Origin: a virus
Lineage: Duplodnaviria; Caudoviricetes
Strand: one strand, 5' to 3'
Length of the DNA stretch: 54,792 bases
Virus record (IMG/VR): IMGVR_UViG_3300044785_000009
Span: 1-54,792 of that record
Made by a program: the position numbers and the translations under genes. Shown piece by piece: positions 1 through 9,851 of this stretch. The notes beneath the pieces were generated by a model that did no database searches, was not told where the DNA came from, and worked only from the letters and a program-made list of their open reading frames with translations. Within the stretch, counting starts at the first letter, position 1, and the number at the start of each line of letters is the position of its first letter.

Positions 1-217
1 CAAGATCGCGGCGCTAGAGCAGGAGCTCGCGACGATGCGGGCGGAGAAGGCTGCGGCTGCCGTTCCTCAGGGCGACGCTCCAGACGCTACGCCCGAAGAG
101 ATCAAGGCTTCTTCGGACGCTAAGGCAGCGGAGGAGAAGGCTTCTTCGGACGCTACGCCCGAAGAGATCAAGGCTTCTTCGGACGCTAAGGCTGCTGCTG
201 ACAAGGCTGCTGCTACT
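1..217. repeat. terminal overlap with 54642-54792 (circular permutation / assembly overlap)
   Basis: Direct repeat of the window end. The start copy has an extra 66 bp (127-192). Confidence 0.9.
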
Positions 218-247
218 GCCGCAACTCCGGTGAAGCCCGTTCCGTAA
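1..247 (+). CDS. 3' part of the small gene following the major capsid gene (begins at 54457, wraps the join); Ala/Lys/Glu-rich C-terminal repeat
   Basis: Positions 1-126 repeat 54642-54767. The frame continues MTNQYTAV...LATMRAEKAAAA. A 22-aa unit (SSDATPEEIKASSDAKAAEEKA-like) is tandemly repeated. Confidence 0.75.
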   Translation, partial: KIAALEQELATMRAEKAAAAVPQGDAPDATPEEIKASSDAKAAEEKASSDATPEEIKASSDAKAAADKAAATAATPVKPVP

Positions 248-260
248 GTCCTAGTGGAGG

Positions 261-725
261 GTGGTGATAGTCATGTCAGTACAACTCGTTACCAAAGAAC
301 GTTGTCAGGGTTGGGCTGAGCGTACGAAACTGACTATCGCCGCCCTCGATCAGGACTTGCTAGGTAGTATCCAGGATGAAGTTCTTGGCCGCCTAGGTTC
401 GATTGCGGACGTAACAACTTGGATCACACCAACGACGACTCCAACCATTGTTCAGGTTATCATCTCGAAGATGTACATGGCGTGGCAGTACGACCGTCAG
501 TACTCTGAGGACATCGAGGGTGGTAACAACTATGCGGATCGGCTGAAGATGAACGCCGAGATGCTCATGATAGGCCTCCTCGATGGAACGATCGGGTTGC
601 CAGGCCTTCCCGACATTGCCGGCTCGCCTGTGTTCTATCCGACTGACGCCTCGTCGGCGCAGGCTCCAACTGACCTAGATCCTTCCCTTGGCCCTGCCGC
701 ATTCTCGATGGGGATGCGCTTCTAG
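261..725 (+). CDS. head-to-tail adaptor (Mu gp36-like); start possibly ATG 273
   Basis: Position after the capsid genes, ~150 aa helical protein, Mu-like head module upstream. Confidence 0.6.
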   Translation: MVIVMSVQLVTKERCQGWAERTKLTIAALDQDLLGSIQDEVLGRLGSIADVTTWITPTTTPTIVQVIISKMYMAWQYDRQYSEDIEGGNNYADRLKMNAEMLMIGLLDGTIGLPGLPDIAGSPVFYPTDASSAQAPTDLDPSLGPAAFSMGMRF

Positions 726-742
726 CAGGGAGGTGATCTCGC

Positions 743-1513
743 GTGACTACGCCCTGGGGCGATATGCCGAGCCTGCCTCGTGGCAAGGGTAAGTTTGGCA
801 TTCGTAATTATTTGCCGACGCCTGTCGGTCCCGGAGGACCAACACCGTCAACAAGTGGACCACTTCGTCTCTCAGATATCAAGTACTCTGTCTATGGCGG
901 CCTTCGCTTCCAGCGTGTGCTCACTGCAGGGTGGGAATTCACACCATCGATTGGTATCGTGGCCAAAGACATTGATCGACTCGGTCTAGAGATTACGCAA
1001 TACCAAGTACCTCTGCATGCAGCAGCTGCTTACATGTCAGACTCGATCAAGAAGAACTTCCGCCAGCAAGGACGACCTTCTAAATGGGAACCGCTAGCGG
1101 AGTATACCGTTAAGCTCCGAGGCAATCGCGGTCCTATTCTTATTCGTACTGGCAATCTGATGAGAGCTGCGACTAGCCTTTCGATCTGGTCGTTCACTGC
1201 GACTACAGCGTCCGTCCAGTCTCTTCCGGCTAACGTCTGGTATGGTAACATTCATCAGGAGGGCTACGGCACTATAATGAATGTAGCCCGTAAAATGCTT
1301 GGTCATGTAGCGTCCGAGCTGGATGTGACAGCCTTAGCAACAAAGCTGTTCAGAGAACCTCGTCCACCCGCGCAGCAGACCAAGTTCGCAATTCCACAGC
1401 GCGAGTTCATCCTGTTCCAAGAGCCTGAAGATGTCGAAGCGATTCAGGAGATCTTCATCAACTGGATGGAAGGACTGGCTGGTCAGGTCGGAAGGAGCTG
1501 GAACAGACTATGA
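743..1513 (+). CDS. virion morphogenesis / tail completion protein (Mu gpG-like)
   Basis: NFRQQGRP.KW.PL...T, LIRTG.L, YGNIHQEG and IPQREF motifs typical of this family. Confidence 0.75.
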   Translation: MTTPWGDMPSLPRGKGKFGIRNYLPTPVGPGGPTPSTSGPLRLSDIKYSVYGGLRFQRVLTAGWEFTPSIGIVAKDIDRLGLEITQYQVPLHAAAAYMSDSIKKNFRQQGRPSKWEPLAEYTVKLRGNRGPILIRTGNLMRAATSLSIWSFTATTASVQSLPANVWYGNIHQEGYGTIMNVARKMLGHVASELDVTALATKLFREPRPPAQQTKFAIPQREFILFQEPEDVEAIQEIFINWMEGLAGQVGRSWNRL

Positions 1514-1983
1514 CGTATCCTTACCCGGGCAGCATTGTTGTGATCACCCAGCTTCTCGTCGACAAGATTGCTGCTAACGCTGCGAGCTATACCATTCCTA
1601 TTGCACCCGAAGATGTCATGTACGGGGACCAAGATCGGATCCCTCGTACACCCTTCGTGTGCGTAGAGCCAAACGATAAGCAGCGAACGCTTAAGGGCGT
1701 TCCAAACATGACGGAGAACGAGTTTCAGATCTTCATTCTGTTGTACCACAACAAGGTACAGGACAACCAGCTTACGCGCAAGGAGATTGACCAGTTCGCG
1801 TACGAGGTTGAGCAGCTTATCCACCAGGATCTGCAGCTCAAGAATGGTGGTCTTACGCCGAACATGATTCACGGATTTTGTCAGTCCAACGAGTCAGGCT
1901 ATACGTTCAAGGCTGGCACATTGTATAGGACAGCGCGTCTAACCTACCGTGGCCTAAACAAGACCTCTCTACCAGTAGCGTGA
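1510..1983 (+). CDS. tail terminator-like protein
   Basis: Synteny before the tail tube, size, ATGA overlap with the upstream gene. Confidence 0.55.
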   Translation: MTYPYPGSIVVITQLLVDKIAANAASYTIPIAPEDVMYGDQDRIPRTPFVCVEPNDKQRTLKGVPNMTENEFQIFILLYHNKVQDNQLTRKEIDQFAYEVEQLIHQDLQLKNGGLTPNMIHGFCQSNESGYTFKAGTLYRTARLTYRGLNKTSLPVA

Positions 1984-1996
1984 AACGAGGAGCATC

Positions 1997-2194
1997 ATGT
2001 TGCGAGTAACATTCGAGGTCACTGCCGAGCACGGGTGTCAGATTCCTGTCCTCGGCGAATTCAAAGCCGGTGAGACTAAGACAGTCACCGATGACCAGAT
2101 ACAGTTGTTCCCACTACATCTTGGCTATTCGTTAGCCAAGGCGAACTTTCCTCCGTGGGTTCACCTCTCCGCTGTACTGACTGAGAAGGAGTAA
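1997..2194 (+). CDS. small hypothetical virion-module protein
   Basis: GAGGAG RBS, fills the gap in the operon. Confidence 0.6.
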   Translation: MLRVTFEVTAEHGCQIPVLGEFKAGETKTVTDDQIQLFPLHLGYSLAKANFPPWVHLSAVLTEKE

Positions 2195-2196
2195 CG

Positions 2197-3462
2197 ATGC
2201 CACAGACTATTGGTGCCGCTGGTCAATGTGGCATAGCCTTCGAAATGCTACCGCCACCCGTAGCTACCTCCGCGACACCTACGGCCGGCGGTGCACTAAC
2301 TGCTGGTACGTACAAGTACTACATCACCGCGATCAATACCTTCGGTGAGACGACCATCAGCAACGAGCTCACAGGTACTACCGCTGCGGGTAACCTGACG
2401 CTTACTCTCCTCTGGGCTGCAGTAGCAGGTGCTACTGGCTACAAGATCTATCGGACCGCTGCGGCTGGCGCTACAGGTTCGGAGCTGTTGCTCACGACGG
2501 TCGGCGCAGTTACTACGTTCAACGACGTAGCGGTCGGAGCTCCTGCTGGAGCGTTCCCAACGATCAACACTGCACAGACAAGTGGCACGTACGCTCCGCC
2601 GGTTAAGTTTTTCCCGATCAACAGTGAGAACCTCAAGTTCCAGCAGGCAACGAACTGGCGTCGGCCGATCCGCAAGACGGCTGATATCGTCGGCGCTGTT
2701 GCAGGCGATGTGCACATCGAGGGCGACATCGAGATGGAAGCGTTGGAGGACGTCGTCCCGTACTTCCTCTTCGCTTCTCGTACTGCCGTCGTCAAGTCGG
2801 GTGGTCCGACGAACTGGATCTACACCTTCACGCCCACACCGGCCGCGCTTCCTCAGCGTACACTGAGCATCACCATCGAGCGCAACACCGGCGTAGTCTT
2901 CGGCTACGTCGGATGTGTCGTTGGCCAGTACAAGTTCAGCATCAGCAACGGGATGCTGATGTTCAACTGCAGTATCGTAGGCCGTGACGAAGCAAGCCAG
3001 ACGACGCCAACCCCGTCGTTCACGACCTCGGTACCATTCGGCGCAGGCCAGTACAGCATCGAGATTCCGACTGCCACGCAGGTCTTCGATGTTGACACGT
3101 TCGAGTGGACGTGTAACGACAATGCCGACCCACAGTACCGCCTGAAGAACACCGGTCGCGGTGCCCAGTTCATCAAGTACGGCGAGCGTGCATTGGGTCT
3201 GACATGTGAACGTGACTTCGACACTCGCGCTGACTACGATGCCTTCAAGGCTCTAACGTCGCAGTCGTTCACGATCACGGCAAGCAAGGGCGTCAATAAC
3301 CTGATCACCTTACTCAACGGTGTTGCCATCAAGGACACCTACGAGCTGGCACTGAGCGGTGAGGGTGATCTTGTTCGAGCTTCGATCGCCTACCAGTTCC
3401 CAATCGACGGTTCAGGCATCAGCTATACGATTACCGTGAAGACACAGGAGAGCATTTCCTAA
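2197..3462 (+). CDS. major tail (tube) protein with an inserted Ig/FN3-like domain
   Basis: Tail-tube-like GIAFE...SGTY.PP.KFFP..SE.L N-terminus interrupted by ~110 aa containing TYKYYITA...GATGYKIYR. Strongly biased codon usage. Confidence 0.8.
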   Translation: MPQTIGAAGQCGIAFEMLPPPVATSATPTAGGALTAGTYKYYITAINTFGETTISNELTGTTAAGNLTLTLLWAAVAGATGYKIYRTAAAGATGSELLLTTVGAVTTFNDVAVGAPAGAFPTINTAQTSGTYAPPVKFFPINSENLKFQQATNWRRPIRKTADIVGAVAGDVHIEGDIEMEALEDVVPYFLFASRTAVVKSGGPTNWIYTFTPTPAALPQRTLSITIERNTGVVFGYVGCVVGQYKFSISNGMLMFNCSIVGRDEASQTTPTPSFTTSVPFGAGQYSIEIPTATQVFDVDTFEWTCNDNADPQYRLKNTGRGAQFIKYGERALGLTCERDFDTRADYDAFKALTSQSFTITASKGVNNLITLLNGVAIKDTYELALSGEGDLVRASIAYQFPIDGSGISYTITVKTQESIS

Positions 3463-3463
3463 C

Positions 3464-3838
3464 ATGGACAAAGCCATCATCATCGCGCTCATCGCAGCAG
3501 TCGCTGTTATCGGTGGGCCTTTACTGGTAGCTGTGTACCAAAACAAGCGTCTGGATAGACTCGCAGAAGTCGGAGCGGCTACTCTACGTAGGGTTGCTTC
3601 AGTTGAGAAGCTAGCTGACGGTTCCCTTACGGCGGCCTATCGAGCGGAGCTTGCGGCTGTGGAAGCTCAGGTCGTAGCCATGCGTCGACCACTACCAGAT
3701 ACGCAGGCTGCGATCAAAGCGGCAGAGGCACGAGTTATCTCCATGCGTAAAGCTCTTGCCGTACGCGAGGCAGCACTTGAAGAACACCGCAACGATGCTA
3801 AAAACGAAATCCTAGCAATTAACATAGACGATAAATAG
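3464..3838 (+). CDS. membrane-anchored coiled-coil protein
   Basis: N-terminal hydrophobic helix followed by an Ala-rich coiled coil. Confidence 0.6.
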   Translation: MDKAIIIALIAAVAVIGGPLLVAVYQNKRLDRLAEVGAATLRRVASVEKLADGSLTAAYRAELAAVEAQVVAMRRPLPDTQAAIKAAEARVISMRKALAVREAALEEHRNDAKNEILAINIDDK

Positions 3839-3919
3839 ACAAGAGAGACAACGTGAGAGACAAAAGGAATCTACAGGCTACATAGCAACAGTACATAATT
3901 TGTCTAACTAGAATCTAAG
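3836..3919 (+). repeat. dispersed palindromic element, copy 1 (TAGACAA...AGACAAAAGGAAT...TTTGTCTAACTAG)
   Basis: Similar to the reverse complement of 13437-13530 and to 29547-29626 and 40071-40152. Confidence 0.8.
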
Positions 3920-3926
3920 GGGGGCT

Positions 3927-4262
3927 ATGCAACCACTAATCACGATTACGGTCGCAGGTGATCTGCACATCCACCCACAGGCCAACCCGCAAGAGATCAT
4001 CCAACCAATCCTGGCAGCTATTGCTGAGGCAGAAGGGAACATCATGACCGACTTCCACGCCGAGATGGGTGCACTGCTCGACCAGGTCGTAGCGGCCGTC
4101 GACACCCTCGATACCGACCTCGCCCGCGAGCTGGCTGACTTCGCATCGGCGCTCTCGCCGAAGCTCACCCAGGAGGAGAAGGACCGCTTCGCAGCGCTCA
4201 CGCAGCGCCTCGTCGACTTCAACGCCAACATCGATGCGGTTGACCCGCCGGTCGTTCCGTAA
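3927..4262 (+). CDS. hypothetical acidic helical protein
   Basis: ORF with purine-rich RBS and biased codon usage in its 3' two-thirds. Confidence 0.65.
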   Translation: MQPLITITVAGDLHIHPQANPQEIIQPILAAIAEAEGNIMTDFHAEMGALLDQVVAAVDTLDTDLARELADFASALSPKLTQEEKDRFAALTQRLVDFNANIDAVDPPVVP

Positions 4263-4267
4263 GTGAT

Positions 4268-4317
4268 TTGCTGGCAGGTAGGCGAAACAGACAGGGCCTT
4301 CGCCTACCTGTCAGCAA
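4268..4317 (+). terminator. 19-bp stem-loop (terminator or processing site)
   Basis: TTGCTGGCAGGTAGGCGAA (4268-4286) pairs with TTCGCCTACCTGTCAGCAA (4299-4317). Confidence 0.7.
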
Positions 4318-4409
4318 TCAACGCGATGCGGAAAAGGAAACGTGCGGCCCTGTGGGGATTGCTAAAGGTAGTGATCCTTGTTACATGGATATACTGGAGG
4401 GTGAAGAGA

Positions 4410-4865
4410 ATGCCTAGGGCAACAGTTTCAATTACAGTTGAGCGCAAGGACCTACTATCGCTTCCGCCTATCGACGCTACTGATGTTACTGCGGCAGTCG
4501 AGGGTGGTTGGGTCGAGCTTCGTCGCATGTCCTACGGTGAGAAGATCGCCAAGGACGCCGAAGCTATGAAGATGAAGTTCGGTATGGACGACGCGGCCGC
4601 CGGCAACATGAATGCCGAAGTTGCCATGATCAACGAGAAGGTGACTCTCCTCGAGTTCCAGCGTTGCATCGTGGACCACAATCTCACTGCGCCGATCGAC
4701 AAGAACGACGAGAGCAAGGGCGAGCGTCCTCTCAACTTCCAGAAGCTCGCGGACATCCAGAGTCTCGACCCCCGTGTCGGAGATGAGATCTCCCAGCTCA
4801 TTGGTGAGATGAACGACTTCGAGAGGACGCTGACGGAGAATAAGAAGGACTCTTCGGGAAAATAG
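4410..4865 (+). CDS. tail assembly chaperone (G-like)
   Basis: GGAGG RBS before ATG 4410, lies upstream of the tape measure gene, ends in the slippery G GGA AAA TAG. Confidence 0.8.
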   Translation: MPRATVSITVERKDLLSLPPIDATDVTAAVEGGWVELRRMSYGEKIAKDAEAMKMKFGMDDAAAGNMNAEVAMINEKVTLLEFQRCIVDHNLTAPIDKNDESKGERPLNFQKLADIQSLDPRVGDEISQLIGEMNDFERTLTENKKDSSGK

Positions 4866-5101
4866 TTGAGCCTGCTCTAGTCTTTCGACTTGAAGCTTCG
4901 ATCGTAATGAAGCGGAAGCTAGACCCTGAAGTGCAGGAGGTCCTTAGTATGGTAAGGTTGTGTCAAGCAATGAGTACCTTACCACGTGCTGGAGGTCTCT
5001 TGGACCAAGATGCACTTTTCGTTTACCTTCTCGAACGAGTTCTTCTAGCAGATCAAAAGAAGATGGAGCTCGAAGAGGCTAGAGCGAAGGCGAAGGGGTA
5101 G
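4856..5101 (+). CDS. tail assembly chaperone -1 frameshift extension (GT-like)
   Basis: GGGAAAA at 4856-4862. The -1 frame is open from there (IVEPALVFRLEASIVMKRKL...) to 5101. Confidence 0.8.
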   Translation, partial: GKIVEPALVFRLEASIVMKRKLDPEVQEVLSMVRLCQAMSTLPRAGGLLDQDALFVYLLERVLLADQKKMELEEARAKAKG

Positions 5102-5103
5102 TT

Positions 5104-7944
5104 ATGGCTCTCGCGACACGAAATCTATACCTCGTCCTGAAGGCTAGGGATGAGGCTTCTCGTGTCATTAAAGGATTCGGTCGTGAGCTTGCTGTCACCG
5201 GTAAACTAGCCCAGGCTCAAACACTTCGTAATACCGCAGCAATAGCCGACCAGCGCATTGTAGCTTTGCAGGCTGCTGCCCAGATGGCTGGTGCTGAAGC
5301 TAGACAGATGCAGATGGCTAAGCAGCGAGAGATCCAAGCCATTCGGACTAAGGCAATGATTGCGTCGCAGAACGCTGCGACGATAGTAGGGTCTAGTCGA
5401 GAGGTTCAAAGGCAGCGGGAGTTAGCGCAACAGCTTCGTCGGACTGCTGCAACGAAGTCCGCTGAGCTCGCTGAGATGCGAGCAGGTCATAAGGCAGAGT
5501 CGGATGCTATACAGACTGAGATTGAACAGGAAAGATCTCTCGCTAGGACAGCACGTGCCAGTGCTGCACAGCTAGAACGCCAACACGGAAACACAATTCG
5601 TCTCGCTAATGCTTTGCACCAGGTAAGCTCTACACTCATTACCGTTGGTTCAGGTTTTGCTATTGCTGGCGCAGCCGGTCTATTCGGACTCTACGAGGCG
5701 GCCAAGGCAGCTGCTGAGTACCAACGGCAAGTAGCCTTGACAGCTACGCAGGTGGACGGTTTCAAGGTATCGCTGCAGCAACTATCTGATGTTGGCCTTA
5801 AGACAGCGAGAACTATTGCTGTACCATTCGAGGAGATCCAACCAGCCCTGTACGACATCTTCTCGTCGACAAGTGCTAACCTCGAGCAAGCTCAAATCCT
5901 ACTCGAAGGCTTTGCTAAGACAGCCGTTGCTGGACAAGTATCTCTCCAAGATGCAACACGTGGTACAATTCCGATCCTAAACGCCTTCAATCTACCACTG
6001 GAGAGCGTTAATAGGATTCTAGACATTCAGTTCCAGTTGGTCCGTAAGGGCGTAGGCACTTACGGTGAGTTCGCTTCTGTCTTTGGTAGAGTCGTTCCAT
6101 CAGCAACACGTGCCGGGCAGAGCTTCGAAGAAGTCGCCGCCATGCTTGCGTACTTGACTCGTAATGGTTTGAGCGCTGCGATGGCTTCGACGTCTGCAGC
6201 CCGTGCTCTTGATGCAATGTCAAATCCCAAGGCAGTTCACAGCATGGAGAACCTTGGCATTAAGGTTCGAGATGCTGCAGGTAATATGTTGCCGCTTGAA
6301 ACATCATTGAAGAACCTTCAGAAGTACTTACTCGGTCTTCCGAACAAGGATCGTATTAGCGCTCTGGTAGACATCTTCAAGGGTGCCGGTGGTACAATCC
6401 AAGCTCGTCGATTCCTTGACCAGATCCTTCTCAAGCCTGGTGAGCTTGATGAGTTCGTAGGCTTCTTGAATGACATGAAGAACTCTTCAGGTCAGTTCGA
6501 GATGGCCTACGATAAGATGTCCAATACGGTAGCCGCGCAGACAACGTTGTTGCGGAACAAGTTTAAGGTTATGGAGGTGACAATCGGTCAGGCCGTCACA
6601 CCGATCTTCGTTGCCATCCTCAAGGTTCTGAATAGAATCGTTGACGCTTTCAATAATCTAAGTCCTGCTACCCAGAAGTGGATAGGAATTGGCATTGCAC
6701 TAGCTAGTGTATTCCTAATTATAGCCGGTGTGACACTCATTACAGTTGGAGCACTTGCGGGTATAGCTGCTGCTATCATGACGGCTGGTGCAGGATTCTT
6801 CTACCTGGTCGGTGCTGTCATTGGAGTAGTAGCTGCGCTAGCTAGTTTCGGGGCGATAATAGCCATCGCCTGGACTCGGAGTAAACGCTTTAGGGAGATA
6901 CTTCAAGACATCCACGACACAGGAATGCATCTGTGGAAGGATGTACTGGTACCATTTGCTCTCGATGTGAAGAAGTCCTTCGAGATGCATTTGTTGCCTT
7001 CGCTGTTGAAGCTCAAGGACCTAATCGAGAAGTACGTTCTTCCAGCCGTGCTATCGCTGCAGAGAACCTTTGGTGGTTCTTTCCTGGCTGATGCAAAAGA
7101 AGTAGCGAACTTCATGAAGGATCGTCTCGGTCAGGTCTTTGGCTATATTGGCTGGGTAATCACTACCCTGGTAATCCCAGCAGTCAAGTGGCTTACTCAG
7201 TTCTACCAGAAACACAAAGAAACCATCGATGAGATTGTGCAGGCTCTAGGCGAAGCTGCTAAGTGGTTCTTGATCGTCGCAGGTATTATCACTGGCGTTC
7301 TGCTTATGGCATTTGTTGGTACAATCGTCGTAGCTATCGTAGTGTTCATCGCGGCGATCCTTGCGATCATTGCGGTAATCATTGGAATAATCAATGCGGT
7401 TAAAAATGTCATACATTGGTTCGGCGATTTCGGTGCTCACTTGGACTGGCTCGGTACTAAGATGGCTGACTTCGTTGTAGGCATCGTTAACTGGTTCCGA
7501 GGCCTAGGTAAGAACATCATGGACTCACTACATGACTTCGACACCTTACTTATTCAGTCAGGTAAGAACCTCATGAAGGGTTTGATCCAAGGTATTACAG
7601 ATTCGATTCCAGGCCTTGGATCTGTTCTTCATGGCGTAGCAGCGTTCATCAAGGATCACTTCCCATCCTCACCCGCAAAGCGCGGACCGCTATCTGGTAA
7701 GGGTAGCCTGTTCTACTCCGGCCAGAAATTGATGGAGCAGCTCAGTTCTGGTATAGCATCGCAGCAGGTAGCATTAGGCACTGCTTCTTCTGGTGCGGCT
7801 CTTAACGCCGCAGGTAGTCAACTAACTTCTCCGTCAGCCCGTCATGGCGGAAATGTTCAACAGACGTTCAACATCACTACGCAGGAGATCAATCCACGTA
7901 AGCACTCGCAAGAACTTGGATTCCTACTGGCATCGAGGGTATGA
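5104..7944 (+). CDS. tape measure protein (TP901-family core)
   Basis: 946 aa, Ala-rich helical, hydrophobic segments, C-terminal P.SPAK.GPL motif, follows the chaperones. Confidence 0.92.
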   Translation: MALATRNLYLVLKARDEASRVIKGFGRELAVTGKLAQAQTLRNTAAIADQRIVALQAAAQMAGAEARQMQMAKQREIQAIRTKAMIASQNAATIVGSSREVQRQRELAQQLRRTAATKSAELAEMRAGHKAESDAIQTEIEQERSLARTARASAAQLERQHGNTIRLANALHQVSSTLITVGSGFAIAGAAGLFGLYEAAKAAAEYQRQVALTATQVDGFKVSLQQLSDVGLKTARTIAVPFEEIQPALYDIFSSTSANLEQAQILLEGFAKTAVAGQVSLQDATRGTIPILNAFNLPLESVNRILDIQFQLVRKGVGTYGEFASVFGRVVPSATRAGQSFEEVAAMLAYLTRNGLSAAMASTSAARALDAMSNPKAVHSMENLGIKVRDAAGNMLPLETSLKNLQKYLLGLPNKDRISALVDIFKGAGGTIQARRFLDQILLKPGELDEFVGFLNDMKNSSGQFEMAYDKMSNTVAAQTTLLRNKFKVMEVTIGQAVTPIFVAILKVLNRIVDAFNNLSPATQKWIGIGIALASVFLIIAGVTLITVGALAGIAAAIMTAGAGFFYLVGAVIGVVAALASFGAIIAIAWTRSKRFREILQDIHDTGMHLWKDVLVPFALDVKKSFEMHLLPSLLKLKDLIEKYVLPAVLSLQRTFGGSFLADAKEVANFMKDRLGQVFGYIGWVITTLVIPAVKWLTQFYQKHKETIDEIVQALGEAAKWFLIVAGIITGVLLMAFVGTIVVAIVVFIAAILAIIAVIIGIINAVKNVIHWFGDFGAHLDWLGTKMADFVVGIVNWFRGLGKNIMDSLHDFDTLLIQSGKNLMKGLIQGITDSIPGLGSVLHGVAAFIKDHFPSSPAKRGPLSGKGSLFYSGQKLMEQLSSGIASQQVALGTASSGAALNAAGSQLTSPSARHGGNVQQTFNITTQEINPRKHSQELGFLLASRV

Positions 7945-8798
7945 TGGCACTTAGTGATTACTCGTACCAGCTATCGAGCACAGGCGTCATTCTGAATGCT
8001 GATGCTGTGTCGTTCCCGTTCGTGGATGTAACGAAAGTCGGAGGGTTAGATTCTGCCCCCTACCGAGAGACAATTCGAGACCACGAAGGTGCTGATGGCG
8101 GCTTCATCGATGCTGAGTTTGAGCAAGGCCGAGACTTATCAGTCGAAGGTACTGTTTTTGCTACTGTAGGTAACATTGAGACCTTCCTTGACAGCTTGAA
8201 GGCGAACTTTGCACCTGTTAAGACACCGATTCCATTCTACTTCAAGCCACCCGGTGTGAATCAGCGATTGTTGTTCGTTAAGCCTCGTGGTTGTAGATAC
8301 GATCAGGATATAGCTCAGCGAACTGGACAAACACCAATCCAGTTCTTGATGTACGCTGAGGATCCTCGAATCTACGACGATAACCTTTTTAGTCTTGTCG
8401 TTGCGTTCGGCGGTATAGCAACAACAGGCTTCGGATTTAGCTTTGGATTCAACCTGAGCTTTGGTGCTGTTGTGCCACCTATTGGTGTTAACGTCTTTAA
8501 TGGTGGCAACCGTGCTACGCCTGCGATACTTACTCTTGCTGGGCCGCTCGTTGATCCTCGCATTATTAATGATACGAGTGGTAAGACACTACCATTCAGT
8601 ATCACTCTGGAGGCGGGCGACGTCCTAGTAATTGACTTGCTCAATCGAACGGTTGTACTGAACGGCTCTACGAATAAGAGGGCATCCCTTTTGTCCTCAG
8701 ACTGGTTCTTGTTCGATCCAGGAAACACGTTCATCAGATTCGGTGGCGCTTCAGGTACAGGCACGCTGACCGTCAGCTATAGATACGCATGGAGATGA
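7941..8798 (+). CDS. distal tail protein (Dit-like)
   Basis: Immediately after the tape measure gene. AEDPRIY, N.GN..TP and PG.N...F...YRYAW motifs. Confidence 0.8.
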   Translation: MMALSDYSYQLSSTGVILNADAVSFPFVDVTKVGGLDSAPYRETIRDHEGADGGFIDAEFEQGRDLSVEGTVFATVGNIETFLDSLKANFAPVKTPIPFYFKPPGVNQRLLFVKPRGCRYDQDIAQRTGQTPIQFLMYAEDPRIYDDNLFSLVVAFGGIATTGFGFSFGFNLSFGAVVPPIGVNVFNGGNRATPAILTLAGPLVDPRIINDTSGKTLPFSITLEAGDVLVIDLLNRTVVLNGSTNKRASLLSSDWFLFDPGNTFIRFGGASGTGTLTVSYRYAWR

Positions 8799-8803
8799 TC
8801 TGA

Positions 8804-9841
8804 GTGGCAGAATTCAATCCTCCAGGGTGGCTGCAGAATGCTGGTGCCACCCATACCGCTACACAGATGCGAAACTACATTGCATCGCTGAGTGCTGGTG
8901 CTTCCGCATCTGCGGCTTTGACTGGTCGCGGTGGTGTAAACATTTCGCTTGGGAATAAGCTAGTGGTTACACAAACCGGTTCACCATCAATGGCCGTGAT
9001 TATCAGATCAGGCGCTGCACTGATTCCTGGAACGGAGAGCGGTACTCAAGGTAGCTATGGCGTCTTCAATGATGCCGACGTAACCCTGAGCGTCACGGCT
9101 GCACATCCCACACTGCCTCGAATTGACATTGTCGCCTTTAAGGTTCAGGACTCCCAGTTCTCTGGTGCGACAAACTCCTGCTCGTTGGTCGTTGTAGCTG
9201 GCACAGCCGCAGGATCACCAACGCCACCTGCTGCCCCTGCGAACTCCATTGTGTTGGCGAACATCGCGGTTGGTGCTGCTGTTACGTCTATCACGAATGC
9301 CAACATCACTGACAAGCGCGTCTGGTTGACAGCGGCTGGTGGTGTTATGGTAGTTAGTAGTACGACTCGGCCCGCTGCCGGTACTGTCGGAGTCGGTCAG
9401 GTTATCTACGAGACTGACACCCTGAGGTTGCTTCGTACTGATGATGGTGGTACTACGTGGTTGAGTATTCAGTCGTATGCAACTGCAAGCGTTGCGACGG
9501 GTCAGACCACTGCATCGACGACGTATGCGGACCTTGCAACAGTTGGACCTTCAGTAACACTAACCACGGGTACTGCGGTTAAGATCACGATCACCGCAGC
9601 TGTCGGCAATACACTTGCATCCGCTTCGCTCATCAGCTTCGCAGTTTCAGGTGCAACAACAATTGCCGCACTTGACCTCAACTATCTTGTCCGAAATGAT
9701 AATTCGCTAACGACTAAACAGTCCGGAGTAATGATCCTTACAGGTCTTACACCAGGATCAAATACGTTCACTGTGAAGTACAGAGTAGTATCTGGCACAG
9801 GCACCTTCACAGACCGTATTCTTATCGTCGAACCTCTGTAA
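8804..9841 (+). CDS. minor tail protein
   Basis: AHPTLPRID.V and P..PANS..LA.I.V...I....I.D.R motifs common in actinophage minor tail proteins. Confidence 0.75.
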   Translation: MAEFNPPGWLQNAGATHTATQMRNYIASLSAGASASAALTGRGGVNISLGNKLVVTQTGSPSMAVIIRSGAALIPGTESGTQGSYGVFNDADVTLSVTAAHPTLPRIDIVAFKVQDSQFSGATNSCSLVVVAGTAAGSPTPPAAPANSIVLANIAVGAAVTSITNANITDKRVWLTAAGGVMVVSSTTRPAAGTVGVGQVIYETDTLRLLRTDDGGTTWLSIQSYATASVATGQTTASTTYADLATVGPSVTLTTGTAVKITITAAVGNTLASASLISFAVSGATTIAALDLNYLVRNDNSLTTKQSGVMILTGLTPGSNTFTVKYRVVSGTGTFTDRILIVEPL

Positions 9842-9851
9842 GGAGGTTGTA

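Noticed and set aside
4263-4409. N-terminal extension of the tail chaperone given in the ORF track
   Set aside because: It overlaps a 19-bp hairpin. The RBS supports ATG 4410.
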